A stretch of 64,000 bases of DNA from Vicugna vicugna (lineage: Eukaryota). Below, one piece after another: positions 1 through 11,619 of this stretch (the stretch's first letter is position 1; every line of letters begins with the position of its first letter). The stretch covers positions 52,161 to 116,160 of the forward strand of contig MU058259.1 in the NCBI GenBank assembly GCA_013265495.1, given 5' to 3'. Under the pieces are notes generated by a model that was not told the DNA's origin, searched no databases, and was given only the letters and a program-made list of their open reading frames with translations. A program made the position numbers and the translations under genes.

Positions 1-934
1 GCTGCGTGCTCCGCCCTGGTCGGCGCTCCGCCCTGGTCTCGCTCCCCGGGTGGGCTCGGGGAAGACCAAGGGGCAGCCTCGTCCCTGCTCCGAGCCAAGA
101 CCCAGCTGCTTGTTTGTCTTTGTGGAGCAAGTTCTCTGAGGGACCAGGGTGGAAGGATCCTATCTGCCCCGGGCTGTAGGCCCGTCTCAGTCTGGCCCTT
201 GAGGCTGCTAAGCCCTTCAGTATGGATGCAGGTTTCGCCCCTGCCCCCGCCTGGGTGCTCAGCGCCGGAGAACATGGCGGCTGTGCCTGGGCCCCGCCCC
301 TCTTCCCCTGAAAAGTTTCCGCGGGTTTTCAGAGATGGGGGTATGCACCCTTCCCCCAAAAGCACATCAACCTTGCTGTTTTATGGAGGGCCCAGGTTGT
401 TCTGTCCTGTACACCCACAGCCCCGGCGCCCAGCCCCGTGCAGTCCCCTGGAGCTGCCTCCGTGCAGCCGCCCCCGTCCTCTGCCCGGCTTGTGCAGCCT
501 GGCCCTGCCCGCCGCCGCCGCCACCGCCGCCCCACGTCTCAGGCTGGGTGTGTGGGGGGGGCGCTCTGTGCCCGTTTAACTTAGTTCTGTCAGACAAGGG
601 CTGCTCTGTACAGATCCGAGCCTCGGAGGCTTCCCCCTGCGTCCCGCTGGCCTCTCAGTTGGAGAGGGGAGACCCAGCGAGCGAGCGCCAGTCCTCCTTT
701 GCCGCTCCCTCCCCGCGGGACCCGTCCCGCGCTGCTTTGCCTTTTGTTCTTTCTTTTTTCCTTTTCTCCTACCAGATTTTTGGCGTCTTTATCTTTTGAA
801 GAGGGCGATGTTCTGTCGGAGTTCCGCAGGTGCTCTGGTTGGCTGAGTGGGTCTGTAGATGTGGGTCTTGGTGTATTTGTGGGAGAGGGTGACTTAGGAG
901 CGTCCTTCTACTCCGCCATCTTCTCCGTCTCCCC
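1..934 (-). mobile_element. LINE-1 5' UTR (CpG-rich, probably young), antisense to BEND2; the body of the element extends left of the window
   Basis: The reverse complement from 934 reads GGGGAGACGGAGAAGATGGCGGAGTAGAAGGACGC, the typical L1 5' terminus with the YY1 motif AAGATGGCGG. High GC/CpG content stops at 934. The flank on the L1 strand is A-rich (AAAGAAAAGACCTGTCT), like an L1 endonuclease target. A short 14-nt tandem unit GCTCCGCCCTGGTC occurs at 8-21 and 25-38. Confidence 0.85.
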
Positions 935-954
935 AGACAGGTCTTTTCTTTCAG

Positions 955-1095
955 CACTTTTACCTATGGAAATATTGATGAAAGCAGAAAATAACATGCA
1001 AAAGAGTCCTGAAACAATGAATTACCCAACTGTATTGAAAAATGACAATAGCCAAAACCCCTCCTCGTCATCTTTCTGCATCCCTTCCAATTTTG
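955..1095 (+). CDS. BEND2: BEND2 internal coding exon A (141 nt, phase 1-1): ALLPMEILMKAENN...SFCIPSNF; in-frame ATGs at 966 and 978
   Basis: Acceptor tcttttctttcag|CA and donor TTTG|gtgagt at 1096. Splices in frame to the first BEN exon (F-G-YLGDP). Resembles the N/S-rich exons that precede the BEN domains in BEND2. Confidence 0.8.
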
Positions 1096-1152
1096 GTGAG
1101 TGTGAAATGACACAAATTACAAGTAACACGATTTAACCTATATTCTTCAGGA

Positions 1153-1236
1153 TTTTTTAAAATGGAGGTACTGGGGATTGAACCCAGGACCTCATCGTGC
1201 TAAGCACACACTCTATCTCTGAGCTATACCCTCCCC
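1153..1236 (-). mobile_element. tRNA-derived SINE (camelid Vic-1-like), short copy
   Basis: Reverse complement GGGGAGGGTATAGCTCAGAGATAGAG...GGTCCTGGGTTCAATCCCCAGTACCTCC with Pol III A and B boxes. Confidence 0.85.
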
Positions 1237-1648
1237 AAGTTTTCAGCATTCTTGATACGAACTTTTTGTTTCCTATTTCAAAGGCAGGTTTTAGATGATA
1301 TTAGTAATAAGGACTAACATTTATTGAGTGTGTGTTTTGTGCCACTGCTAATCAACTGACATGTATCTTCCCCATTAATATTCATAGTGACCCCATGATG
1401 CAGGTACTTTTATTACCCCTATTCCCAAAGTCACAGAGGTGGTGAGTGGCAGTTCCAGAACTCTAACCCAGTTCTCTCTGACTTTAAAGCTTATGTTTCA
1501 TAATAGTCTCCTGCATTGCCTTCTAAGCCACAGTGGCAGAGATGAGGAGATCCCAGGTTCCATGGCCTCTAACGTCAAGCCTTCCTAATTATTTTATACT
1601 TACGTGTCTCTACTTCTTAGTAGCTAATCTCTTATTAATATCCTTGAG

Positions 1649-1860
1649 CAGGGCTCAGCAAATTTTTTCTGAAAAGTGCTATATAGTAACTATTTTAGGC
1701 TTTGTGAGCCGTCTGGTGTCTCACACCTACTCAACTCTGCTTTTCTAGTATGAAAGCAGCCACAAATGTAGGTAAATGAATGGGTGTGGCTGTGTGCTAA
1801 TACTACTTTACAAAAACTGGTGGTGGGATTGGCTTGTGGATTGTAGTTTGCTGACCCCTG
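1649..1860. mobile_element. MER58A-like hAT-Charlie non-autonomous DNA transposon
   Basis: Terminal inverted repeats CAGGGCTCAGCAAA ... TTTGCTGACCCCTG; ~210 bp; typical internal sequence. Confidence 0.8.
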
Positions 1861-2077
1861 TTCCAGAGGAGACCCTTTTCCTTTAAATTATTTTGTTACC
1901 CAAACTAGAAGAAACTTCACAAATTGTGCTTTTTGTATTAAATGGGCACTGTGATATGCTATTGTTAGAAAGGTGAAAACTTTCTGAAGAGTAATTTGTT
2001 TAAAAAGCCATACAAATATTTATTCTTGTTTACTCAGTAATCCCACTTCTATCCAAAGGTATAATAAAAAAAGATTT

Positions 2078-2228
2078 GGGGAGGGAGGGTATTGCTCAGT
2101 GGTAGAGTGTGTGCTTAGCATGCATGAGGTTCTGGGTTCAATCCCCAGTACTTCTATCAAAATCAGTCAATCAGTCAGTCAATCAAATTACCTCCCCCCA
2201 AAACAAAACAAATAAATAAAAACAAAAC
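2078..2228 (+). mobile_element. tRNA-derived SINE (Vic-1-like)
   Basis: GGGAGGGTATTGCTCAGTGGTAGAG...GGGTTCAATCCCCAGTAC head followed by an A-rich tail. Confidence 0.85.
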
Positions 2229-2346
2229 AGGTTTGTATTAACATTTTGCTACAAGAATTGTTTTTTCAGAATCATGAAAAATTGGAAGCAGCCAAATAGG
2301 CAACCATAGGGAATTAGTTAAGTGACTTCTGGTATACCATGGTATG

Positions 2347-2995
2347 TGAGGCAGTAAGCATAATGGTTAAAAGCATGGGCTACTGAGTCAGACTACCTGG
2401 GTTCAAATCCTAGCTCTGTGTCTTACTAGCCATGTGACCTTCAGCCACTTCTCTGACCTAAGTATTAGTTTCTTCATCTGTGAAGTGGCAAAAATGATAG
2501 TATCTACTTTATAGAATTGTGAGGATCAAATGAGATAATTCACTTAAAGCTCTTAACACAATGCCAAGACATAAGTGCAACATAAATGTCACCTGTCAGG
2601 AAAACCATGATGACAGGAATGCAGACTTGGAAAAAAAAGAAAATGGAGAAATGTGCAAAATCTAATGGTAACTGAAAAAGCAGGATTCAAGCTATATATA
2701 AAGTATGGTTTCGGTTTTGTGTTTTAAAAGAAGAAATAGAAGAAAAGAATAGAAAACATTAGCAGATGATTAATGGTTCAAGGCACCTGGCTTATTAACT
2801 CATAGACTTAGCTTTTAAAACTGGCTCTATAACTAGCAGTGTGGTCTTTTTCAAATAATTTACCTTCTCTGGGTCTCAGTTTCTTCATCTGCTAAGTGGG
2901 AATAAGTTTTTAGGATAATGAAACTGAGCTTATAGATGTAAAATATTTAGCACAGTGCCTGATACATAGTAGATACTCTATAAATGCTAACTATT
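2347..2995 (+). mobile_element. Two MIR SINE copies (~2347-2590 and ~2790-2995)
   Basis: MIR core motifs GGGTTCAAATCCTAGCTCTG, CAGTTTCTTCATCTG and AGCACAGTGCCTGA. Confidence 0.75.
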
Positions 2996-3319
2996 TTTAA
3001 ATTTTGTTAGTTATACCGACCTATACTTTCTAAATTGTCTTCAGGGAACATATACTCACTCAGTAATAAAGCTGTGAGTGTACTTTTAGAATGTAAAAGA
3101 GAGCAATGGGTTTGAGAGCAACATGTTTACATATGTACCTGTGGCCTAAGAATTAAATTTTTCAAGACAATGAACTGATTATTTTAACACAGCAAATTCA
3201 AGACTAGCAAAGGTGAAAAAATACTAACAGTTATGCATATAGCATCAAAGAGACTCATTTAAGGAAAAGAAGAGGTAAGTATAGAAAAAAATTCACTCAA
3301 GTAGAAATTTGTGAATTAG

Positions 3320-3604
<285 letters not shown>

Positions 3605-4642
3605 TAAAGTCATTTTGGAATCTTTGTTTTGTCATCATTTGATCATCTGATGAATGTTGTTGGTAGTTGAAGACATAATGATGGAGTCTATGTAGCTTTT
3701 TAGAACTGTTAATTTTTTTCACCTGTCTAACCCAGATTTTACAATTTAGTAGTATGTGATGGATATCAACTTCTGAAGAATAAAACTTGTCCATAGACTG
3801 GTGGAATAAGACAAGCTTTATTGATTATAGTTGCTTATGGTTAGTAGTAAGTCAGTTCTTCAGTGCTGAAACTTGGTACTAGAAAATAAAGAAAAAGCAA
3901 AAAAAAAAAAGAAAAGTGGGAAAATAAAACACATTTCACTACTAGTAACTGGCAACACAGAAATAAAATCTCATGATTAATGCAGTCTAGTCTCCTGCTT
4001 TCCTGTCTTCCAGAAATGTGTATGGAGGTCCTAGAACTCATAGACACTAAGGATACAATAATGAATAAGTGTTTCTGCTGACAAGGGGTTCACAGTCTAG
4101 AAAGGGACACATTCAGGGAAACAGATCAATTCCAACCCAGTGTGGTAATGTTGTGGAAGCTCAGAGAGCAGAGCACCTACTTTGAGGGCATTAGGGAAGG
4201 CTTACTAAGGATAAGACATTCGAGCTAGATTTGGAAGGATTCCTTATCTAGGTAAAGAAAATAGCAAGGATATTCTAGGCAGAGTGAGTAGCTTGGCGGG
4301 AAGATAGACATGTAATGTGCACAAATAAATAGACCATGGTATAATAATGTTTGCAATTATTTTCTCTTTACAGGTTTCCTTCTATTTTTAGTATTAATTT
4401 ATCCATAGGGTTATTAAAGGGCATTAGCACCCTGAAATAGTTGACTTTTTGTTAAACAACTTTTTTAAAGCACCAAAACCTCATTATCAGGTCACTAAAC
4501 CCGAGGTCAGTGTTTTAGGGAATTGAACATTAGAAGAAATGAGATATTCAGCAAAGCATTCTCTTTAGGTGGAATTTCTAAGCTCTTAAAAAGAGTCAGA
4601 GGAAAGAATGATAATTAAAAATAGAAACTTTCAGTATTTTAA

Positions 4643-4906
<264 letters not shown>

Positions 4907-5841
4907 TGACTGCATGACATACAGGCTCTTCAGTCCATGTGCTAAAAATCTTGCTTATTTAATTTAGGGGCAGGGTATGTTCTCTCAAAAGCATACTGCC
5001 TGTTTATTTTACTCTTTGACATTTTGCTCCATAAAGATATCCTAAACATAAAATAAATCAAATATAGTGTTATAATTAGTTTATTTGAAGCCAAGGGTTA
5101 TATTAGAAAAAAATTTCAGCTGTAAGATATTTGGCAAATCTTTTCCAGTATCCTACTGAGTAACACAGAAAAGAGCAGACTGTGGTGCTAGTTAGCTGTT
5201 CTGGTGGTAGTTAAGGATGGCACAGGAGAAAAGGAAGGTACTTCATTACTTGTTCACATTCAGTGATGGCAGAAACTGGTGAAAATAATGCATGTGATGA
5301 TGTTAAGCTATCACAGATATTTTATACTCTGTTTAGTTGCATGGTAAGTGGGACTCTGGCTTCTCTCTTACCCATTCTGTCTTCAAAGTGCATCAGAGGT
5401 TTTTTTTTTTTTTAACACTAATGGGTCAGTAGGGAAGAGAGACATGTCTATTGCTTTCTCCTGATGAAGCATTTAACTTAACAACAATTCCTAATTTCCA
5501 CCTACCTCTCTAAAACTCCCATTTTATTCTCACCATGTAGTGACACTCTTGTGTCTCTAGAGTAAGTTTATGGAAACTATTTGCCAAGAATGTTTGTAGC
5601 TGAGCTTATGTTTTCCTGGTGAATGACTTGATTTCAGTGATAGCTCAAGCATCATCTGTATGAAACCAAATCTGCTTATTTTTCACATTCCCTTTTATAT
5701 CCTACAGAATTGCACCCTAAACATTTGAATGTAAAATTATGATACTGCCTGGAAAATGGTAATTTGCATATTTGCTTAGGCGTCAGAAGAGAAGCAGCAT
5801 CTGCCAAGTGCCTGCTGTGTACTTGATTAGGAGAGGGATAG

Positions 5842-6218
5842 GTCCTCACCACTCAAAGTGGGTCCGCGGACCAGCAACAGCAACTCTGGAAAGCTTGTGA
5901 GAAATGTGGAGTCTTGAGTTCCACACCAGATTCACTGAGGCAAAATTTGCATTTTAGCAAGACCCCACAGGTGATTTGTGTGTACACTGAACTTTGAGAA
6001 GCTGCAACCTAGAGCAGTGGTTGTCAGCTCTAGGTATATATTAGAAATGTGTGAGATCCTTTTTAAAAAATTATTAATGCCTGAGCTCTCCCACTCCCTC
6101 CAACAGAGATTCTAGTTGAATTTGCCATGAGTGGGACCCCAGCACAGCTTTAAAAAAAACCAAGATCCCTAGGGCAATTCAAATGTTTAAATATGCAACC
6201 AGATTTGAAGACCACTGG
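5842..6218. mobile_element. Two adjacent MER5-family hAT-Charlie elements
   Basis: CTCAAAGTGGGTCCGCGGACCAGC...TTTGCATTTTAGCAAGACCCC..AGGTGATT...TTTGAGAAGC, then CAGTGGTT...AGACCACTG. Confidence 0.7.
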
Positions 6219-6538
6219 GGAAAGAGAGAACAAAAACATTTAAAAAAAACAAAAAGTTGTTATTTTTGAGAAACTCACTTATTCATTTATTTATGAAATA
6301 TTTATTTATCACTTATTTTGTGTCAGCAGTTATTCAGTTCATTAGACAACTACCGAGTCCCCCAAGAAGCAGTGAGTCATGGCAGCTTTTATCATACCAC
6401 ACAGTGTTCATGGGCTTCAGCCCACCTTATTAGAAGCAATTGCTTCCCCACAAACCTGGGGGTCCCAGGTAGATGATGGAGCATGTCTGTATTTTCCCAT
6501 TATGGGACCTTCTTTATAGATACAATTTTATGTTTCAG

Positions 6539-6770
6539 CAGAAAACTGTTGACAACAATAAAGACCCTACCAACCCCGATAGACCAACGTCTGCAGATTC
6601 AAATGATAAAAGGAATGGTTCTGGTGGTGAAAGTAGTTCCCAGTTATCTCAGCAAGCAGCTGTCTCAGAAACAAGAGAAAATGGGAATTCTGAGCAGAAC
6701 ATCAGTGCTCTCCCTGAGGGAATTAAAGAACCTTCCACTGATAATTCAATGGTATCTTATGAAACACTGG
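6539..6770 (+). CDS. BEND2: BEND2 exon D (232 nt, or 229 nt from 6542), inter-BEN linker: (Q)KTVDNNKDPTNP...SYETL
   Basis: Tandem acceptor tttcag|CAG|AAA and donor CTGG|gtgagt at 6771. Phase 0-1 matches both neighbouring exons; the frame is open and hydrophilic. Confidence 0.88.
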
Positions 6771-8798
6771 GTGAGTTTTAAAATAAGTTCTCTTGATGAT
6801 AAATGTTGAATCTGGGTGATGAATTTATGGGGCTTATAGTATTCTTTCTGCTTTTGTATATGTTCAAGATTTTTCAAAATAAGAAATCTAAACAACTTAA
6901 TCTCTGTACTAGTGAATTAGTGAAATGTAGATACCCAGTTCTGAGACTGATAGTTTGTAACATTAAGCTAAGTCTACTCTTTTTCCTTTGGAAACAGTTC
7001 TCAGCCGACTCATTTAACTAGTGGGAACTCTAAGGTTAGGCACCCTTCTCCGCAGGTAAGAGAAGGATCTACAGCTGGATGGGCCAGAAGCAATTCAGGG
7101 GTCTTGCTCTCTGTGTGCCAGGCACATTACAGGTGCTTCATAGAGAGTGTTTGCGTGAATTAATGAATCCCATCCTGCAGAGCTTTGTGCCCTTGCTGCT
7201 GCCTGCTGGAGGCACATCCTACTTCCTTAGTGTCAAGTGGCAGTGGGTTCCGTAGGTGACAGTGCCATCTGCCACTCATGCTTCCCAGTGAGTTCTTGGG
7301 GTTTAATGGCGCCTGAGGTAGCAAAACTGTTTTGTCTCTCCCTTGCCCCCATGTTAACCCTAGGGAGAATATTACCTGTGAACCTGTTCAAACAAGATTA
7401 TTTAAATAATGTATTTTTTGTTTTTTCCATTGAAAACGTAATGTAACTACTGTATTTGTTCAGGTTGTACACCATAGAAACAGGCAGACTCTGGTCATAT
7501 TAAACCACAACAAAAATCACTGGACGAATATCTCTTAGATTAAAAGAAGCAAATAACAAATTGAGCCATAGACAGGAGCCAGAGCAGCCCCCAAACTGTG
7601 GCATCTGGGGTCCATTGAGATCTCTGAGGTTCCGTGTCTGTAGCTTCTATTTCTAGGTTCTGGTTTTCTCTTGTCACTGTTCAGATTCCCAGGAGAAGGA
7701 ATCTGATTTGGGGAGCTTGAGTCACAGGTCTCTGACCTTGTCTCAGCTAGAATTGGGGGACAGAACAAAAGCAAATTATGAGTCAGGAAACCACCACAAT
7801 TTAGTTCTATTATACCATTTCATCGAAAAATTGGAAAATACTTAGAAGGGAAGAAAAGTTTCCTCAATCAAGATACCTTAAAAGACTATTGCAGACATTC
7901 AAATTATCTTTCAGGTTTTTTTTCTTATGAACTTTTTAAAGAATTATGGTCTCCATATAGTTACTCTCCTTTTAAATATGATATGTATATGTTTTTCCTC
8001 AAAATCTCCAATCTTCATAACCATTGTATTTAACAGGAATATAACATTCCATTGAGTAAGTATAATATAATTTATTTAACTACTTCCGTCTTTTTGTTAT
8101 TGTTGTTATTTTGTTTTGTTTTTGTTTTTTGTTTGAGGATATTTTGGAGGAGATTATCAATCATGCAAACATGCTGCCAAAAACAATCTTCATTCATATA
8201 GCTTTGTACATATTTTTGATTCTTTTCTTGTTAGGTTCTCTGAATTCAAATCACCAGGTTGAAGAGTATTAACTTTTTTCTGACTCTTGATAATAAATAT
8301 TGCTTGATTAATCTTACAGATGTTAAGTCTTTGGGCCCACTGAGTGAATTTTTAAAATAATTTAATCTCTCTTGTTAACTGTTAGATCTGGGGGATTCAG
8401 CAATTTGTACTGTCACCCATTAAATGATGGAACATCCAAGATGAAAAATGTGTTGGTTAACTTGTAAGAATCATATTATATTTGTCTAATGTATTTTCTT
8501 CAACAAGTAATTCTTTGTTATATTTACACTATAATATTTTTTAAGTATGGTGAATTTGAATCACTATGGACTGAAGAGAAATGATTAGTTGAGAAATAAA
8601 AACAGGCCTAAAATTTATTTTACAGTTCAAATAAGTTATTTAAAATATGATATTTTAAGATGAGTTTGTTGATGATGAGTTTAATACCAAATAGAAAACC
8701 TACATGTTAAAAATTATAAATACTTTTGTAAGAATCATGGTCCTTAATTTTGAAAAAGCCTTTTTTGTAAGTAGGAAAACAGTTTATTAAAATTACTG

Positions 8799-8943
8799 GG
8801 CGCAGGAGTGTATAGCTCAGTGGTAGAGTACATGTTTAGCATGCACAGGGTCCTGGGTTCAATCCCCAGTACCTTCATTAAAACTAAGTAAATAAAGCCT
8901 AATTACACCCTCACCAAAAAAGGACAAAACAAACAAAAATAAA
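8799..8943 (+). mobile_element. tRNA-derived SINE (Vic-1-like) with 11-bp TSD
   Basis: TATAGCTCAGTGGTAGAG...GGTTCAATCCCCAGTACC head. TSD TAAAATTACTG at 8788-8798 and 8944-8954. Confidence 0.9.
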
Positions 8944-9249
8944 TAAAATTACTGAGAATTTGTTACCAAATGTAATGTTAAAACTTAAATACTTTAAAAG
9001 GTAGCAGAATATTGAATCGGCCTCTTGAACGATTAGAGCACGTGTAATCACATCAGCAGTGACTGCTGTCTCATTTCTCCTGCTATCACATGATAACACT
9101 AAAAACTTAAGGCTTGAATTTTTTTTAACCTCTCAGATTCTTGAGCCTTACTGTTCAGAAAAATCAACTTTTCTGTTAACAGCCTTTTAAAAAACTTGAA
9201 CCTAACAACGGCCACAAAAACTGACATCTTCTTTCTCTTTTGCTTCTAG

Positions 9250-9453
9250 AATATCTTGGAAATCCATGTAGAAATATACAGTTGCCAAAACTGGTACTGA
9301 ATATAGCAAAACAGAAGTCTTGCCCAGAGCTGTCAGCCAGATACCTTATTCGCAACCTGTTCACAGAGGAAATCCTGATACAAAGTAACGTCTATGGCAC
9401 GTTGGGGCGTGGCGTGTTCGCCCTTGACTCCAATAAGATTAATGCTCTCCGAG
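9250..9453 (+). CDS. BEND2: BEND2 exon E (204 nt), N-terminal part of BEN domain 2: EYLGNPCRNIQLPKLVL...LDSNKINALR
   Basis: Acceptor with long pyrimidine tract ...ttgcttctag|AA and donor CGAG|gtttgt at 9454, phase 1-1. Motif SARYLIRNLFTEEIL is paralogous to exon B. Confidence 0.93.
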
Positions 9454-11619
9454 GTTTGTTACATGTTGAATATGTGAGAATAAATAATAGCAAATTGTGT
9501 TAGAGAAGGACAGAAAGAAAAATTCATTCAGTCTGTGTTTGTTCTGAGGAGAGGGAGCTTTTCTACTAATTCCTTCATTAGGGTATAACAGGGAGTAGGT
9601 CCATGAATGTGATTCTCTTTGCATTTGGGTTCTCAGGGCTAATTGCTCTGTCTTGAGTGGCATTGTTAGAACAGGAAAGGCATTATTGACTGTGGCTCCT
9701 GGTATGGACTGCCAGACATACAGAAACTCAAACACCTTCATTTACTGAGGATCAAGGTTGAAACTGCTGGGCTTTGTCAGTTTGCAGAAGTGTCAACAAT
9801 AGCACAGCAGATTAATTTGCAAGTTTTTTCTTGTGCACATGAGCATAGTATAGTTTTTATCTATGACATAAATAGCTGAAATAATAAAGCTTCCAGAAGC
9901 TATTCTGTGAAATCTTAAATTTAGATGAAGCAGGATGCAGAATATTTCTTACTTGTGTCCCTAGTACCAGCAAAGACATAGTTCACACTTGTATTTCAGA
10001 CTAAAGAAACCTGACTTACAGCACCTTTTGTAAGCATTTGCTATCATCTAATCCAGTTGTTTTCAAACTTTTTTTTTTACTGTAACCCATAGTAAGAAAT
10101 ACATTTTTCAGTGTTACTCAGTATATATGTGTGATTTTTTTAATGAGGCAAAAGTTTCACAAACAATACCTAGTTTTTCTATGAGAATTATATTCCGATC
10201 TTTTCTATTCTATTACACTTTTTAAAGTGCTGCTATCACTGATTTTACAACTTAGTAATTGGTCACAATTTGCACTTTGAACATCACTGAGCTAACTCAT
10301 CACGCAAAAAACCAAAACCCAATTCCTCTTACCTTATAGTAAAAGACGAACACAGAGTTTGTAGCCAGTTGGAAATGAAACTTTCTATTTCTTTTATAGA
10401 AGAAATAATGTCTTTCTAAAGAAAAAAATTTTTTTAAGTGAGGGGGAAAAGGTGACTTCCATAGTTCTTTAATGTCTGCAATACATTAGTTCCTTTAAAG
10501 TGGACGAAAGGTATTATTCTATTTCATTTTTTTATTCCTTATTAAGTTATATTACAAATCAAGAATATGTCTTTTGTAATAAAAAATATTCAGCATGAAT
10601 TTGACATACTATCCACATAGGACGTATTTTAACAAATTTCCCGTAAGACTCAAAGTTCTACTCCTTTGTTGAAGGGCAGCCATGTAAGTTATTTCAGCAG
10701 AGAGAATACAGTAGAATCATCATTGTCCTGGGGGTGCAGAGCCAGGCCCAAGGAGGAGAAGCTGACAGGAAAGCATATTTTACTTTAATACAAGGACAGA
10801 ATGAACTTGGAGAATGAAAATGTCAGAGCAAAGGCTGAGTGACCAGAGATGTGAGGAAATTCCTGCACTAGTAAGAGAACTGGGCTTTATAGCCTCTAAC
10901 ATAACTTCTTTAGAAGTATTGGTTCAGTATAAGCTATTTAAAGCATATAGAAATGTATAAAAAATAATATAGTAATAAATTAACACCTGTTTACCCAGCA
11001 TGGATATAGATATTTTGCCTTTTGTGCCCCAGGTTTTTTAAAAATAGTAAATCATTACTGATGTCACTGAAACTCCATCACATCATCTGTTTCCCGTCTT
11101 TCTCCTTAAAAGTAATCATAGTCTTGGAGTTGGATATATCATTCCCATGCATATTTTACACTTTTGCTACCTATGTTGATATATAATATTGTTCTGTAGT
11201 TGTTTTAATGTGCATAAATGGGGATATAGTATGTATCCTTTTGAAAAAAATTTTTATCACCCAACATTATGTTTTTGAGATCTAATTTGTGTATTTTAAC
11301 TGCTGATTGATGGTATCAGCAATTGGTAAACCAGATTATTACTCTATTCTAACATCACTTCTTATCATAAGATTTTATTACTTGGGGGGAACTCTTCTGG
11401 AAATTAGTAATCAAAGGTAAATATGTCCATAGCCAAAGGTATTGATTTCATATAAGAAACTATTACGTGATGCTCTCTGAGAGTTCAGTATCACTTAAGG
11501 TCTCTTTAGAGAATGGCTCATATGGAGAAAGTTAGTAGGCTGCAGATTTGCAATCAGCAAACAGCCCTTACTCCTGCACACTCCCATCCATTTTTGAATA
11601 TTACAGAACTGTAAAATCT

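Noticed and set aside
1..934. GC-rich block as the native CpG-island promoter of a short BEND2 paralogue
   Set aside because: It ends at an L1-type 5' terminus on the minus strand, and the exon at 955 has an internal phase-1 acceptor. An intronic L1 in a gene that starts left of the window fits better. A truncated paralogue cannot be fully excluded without upstream sequence.
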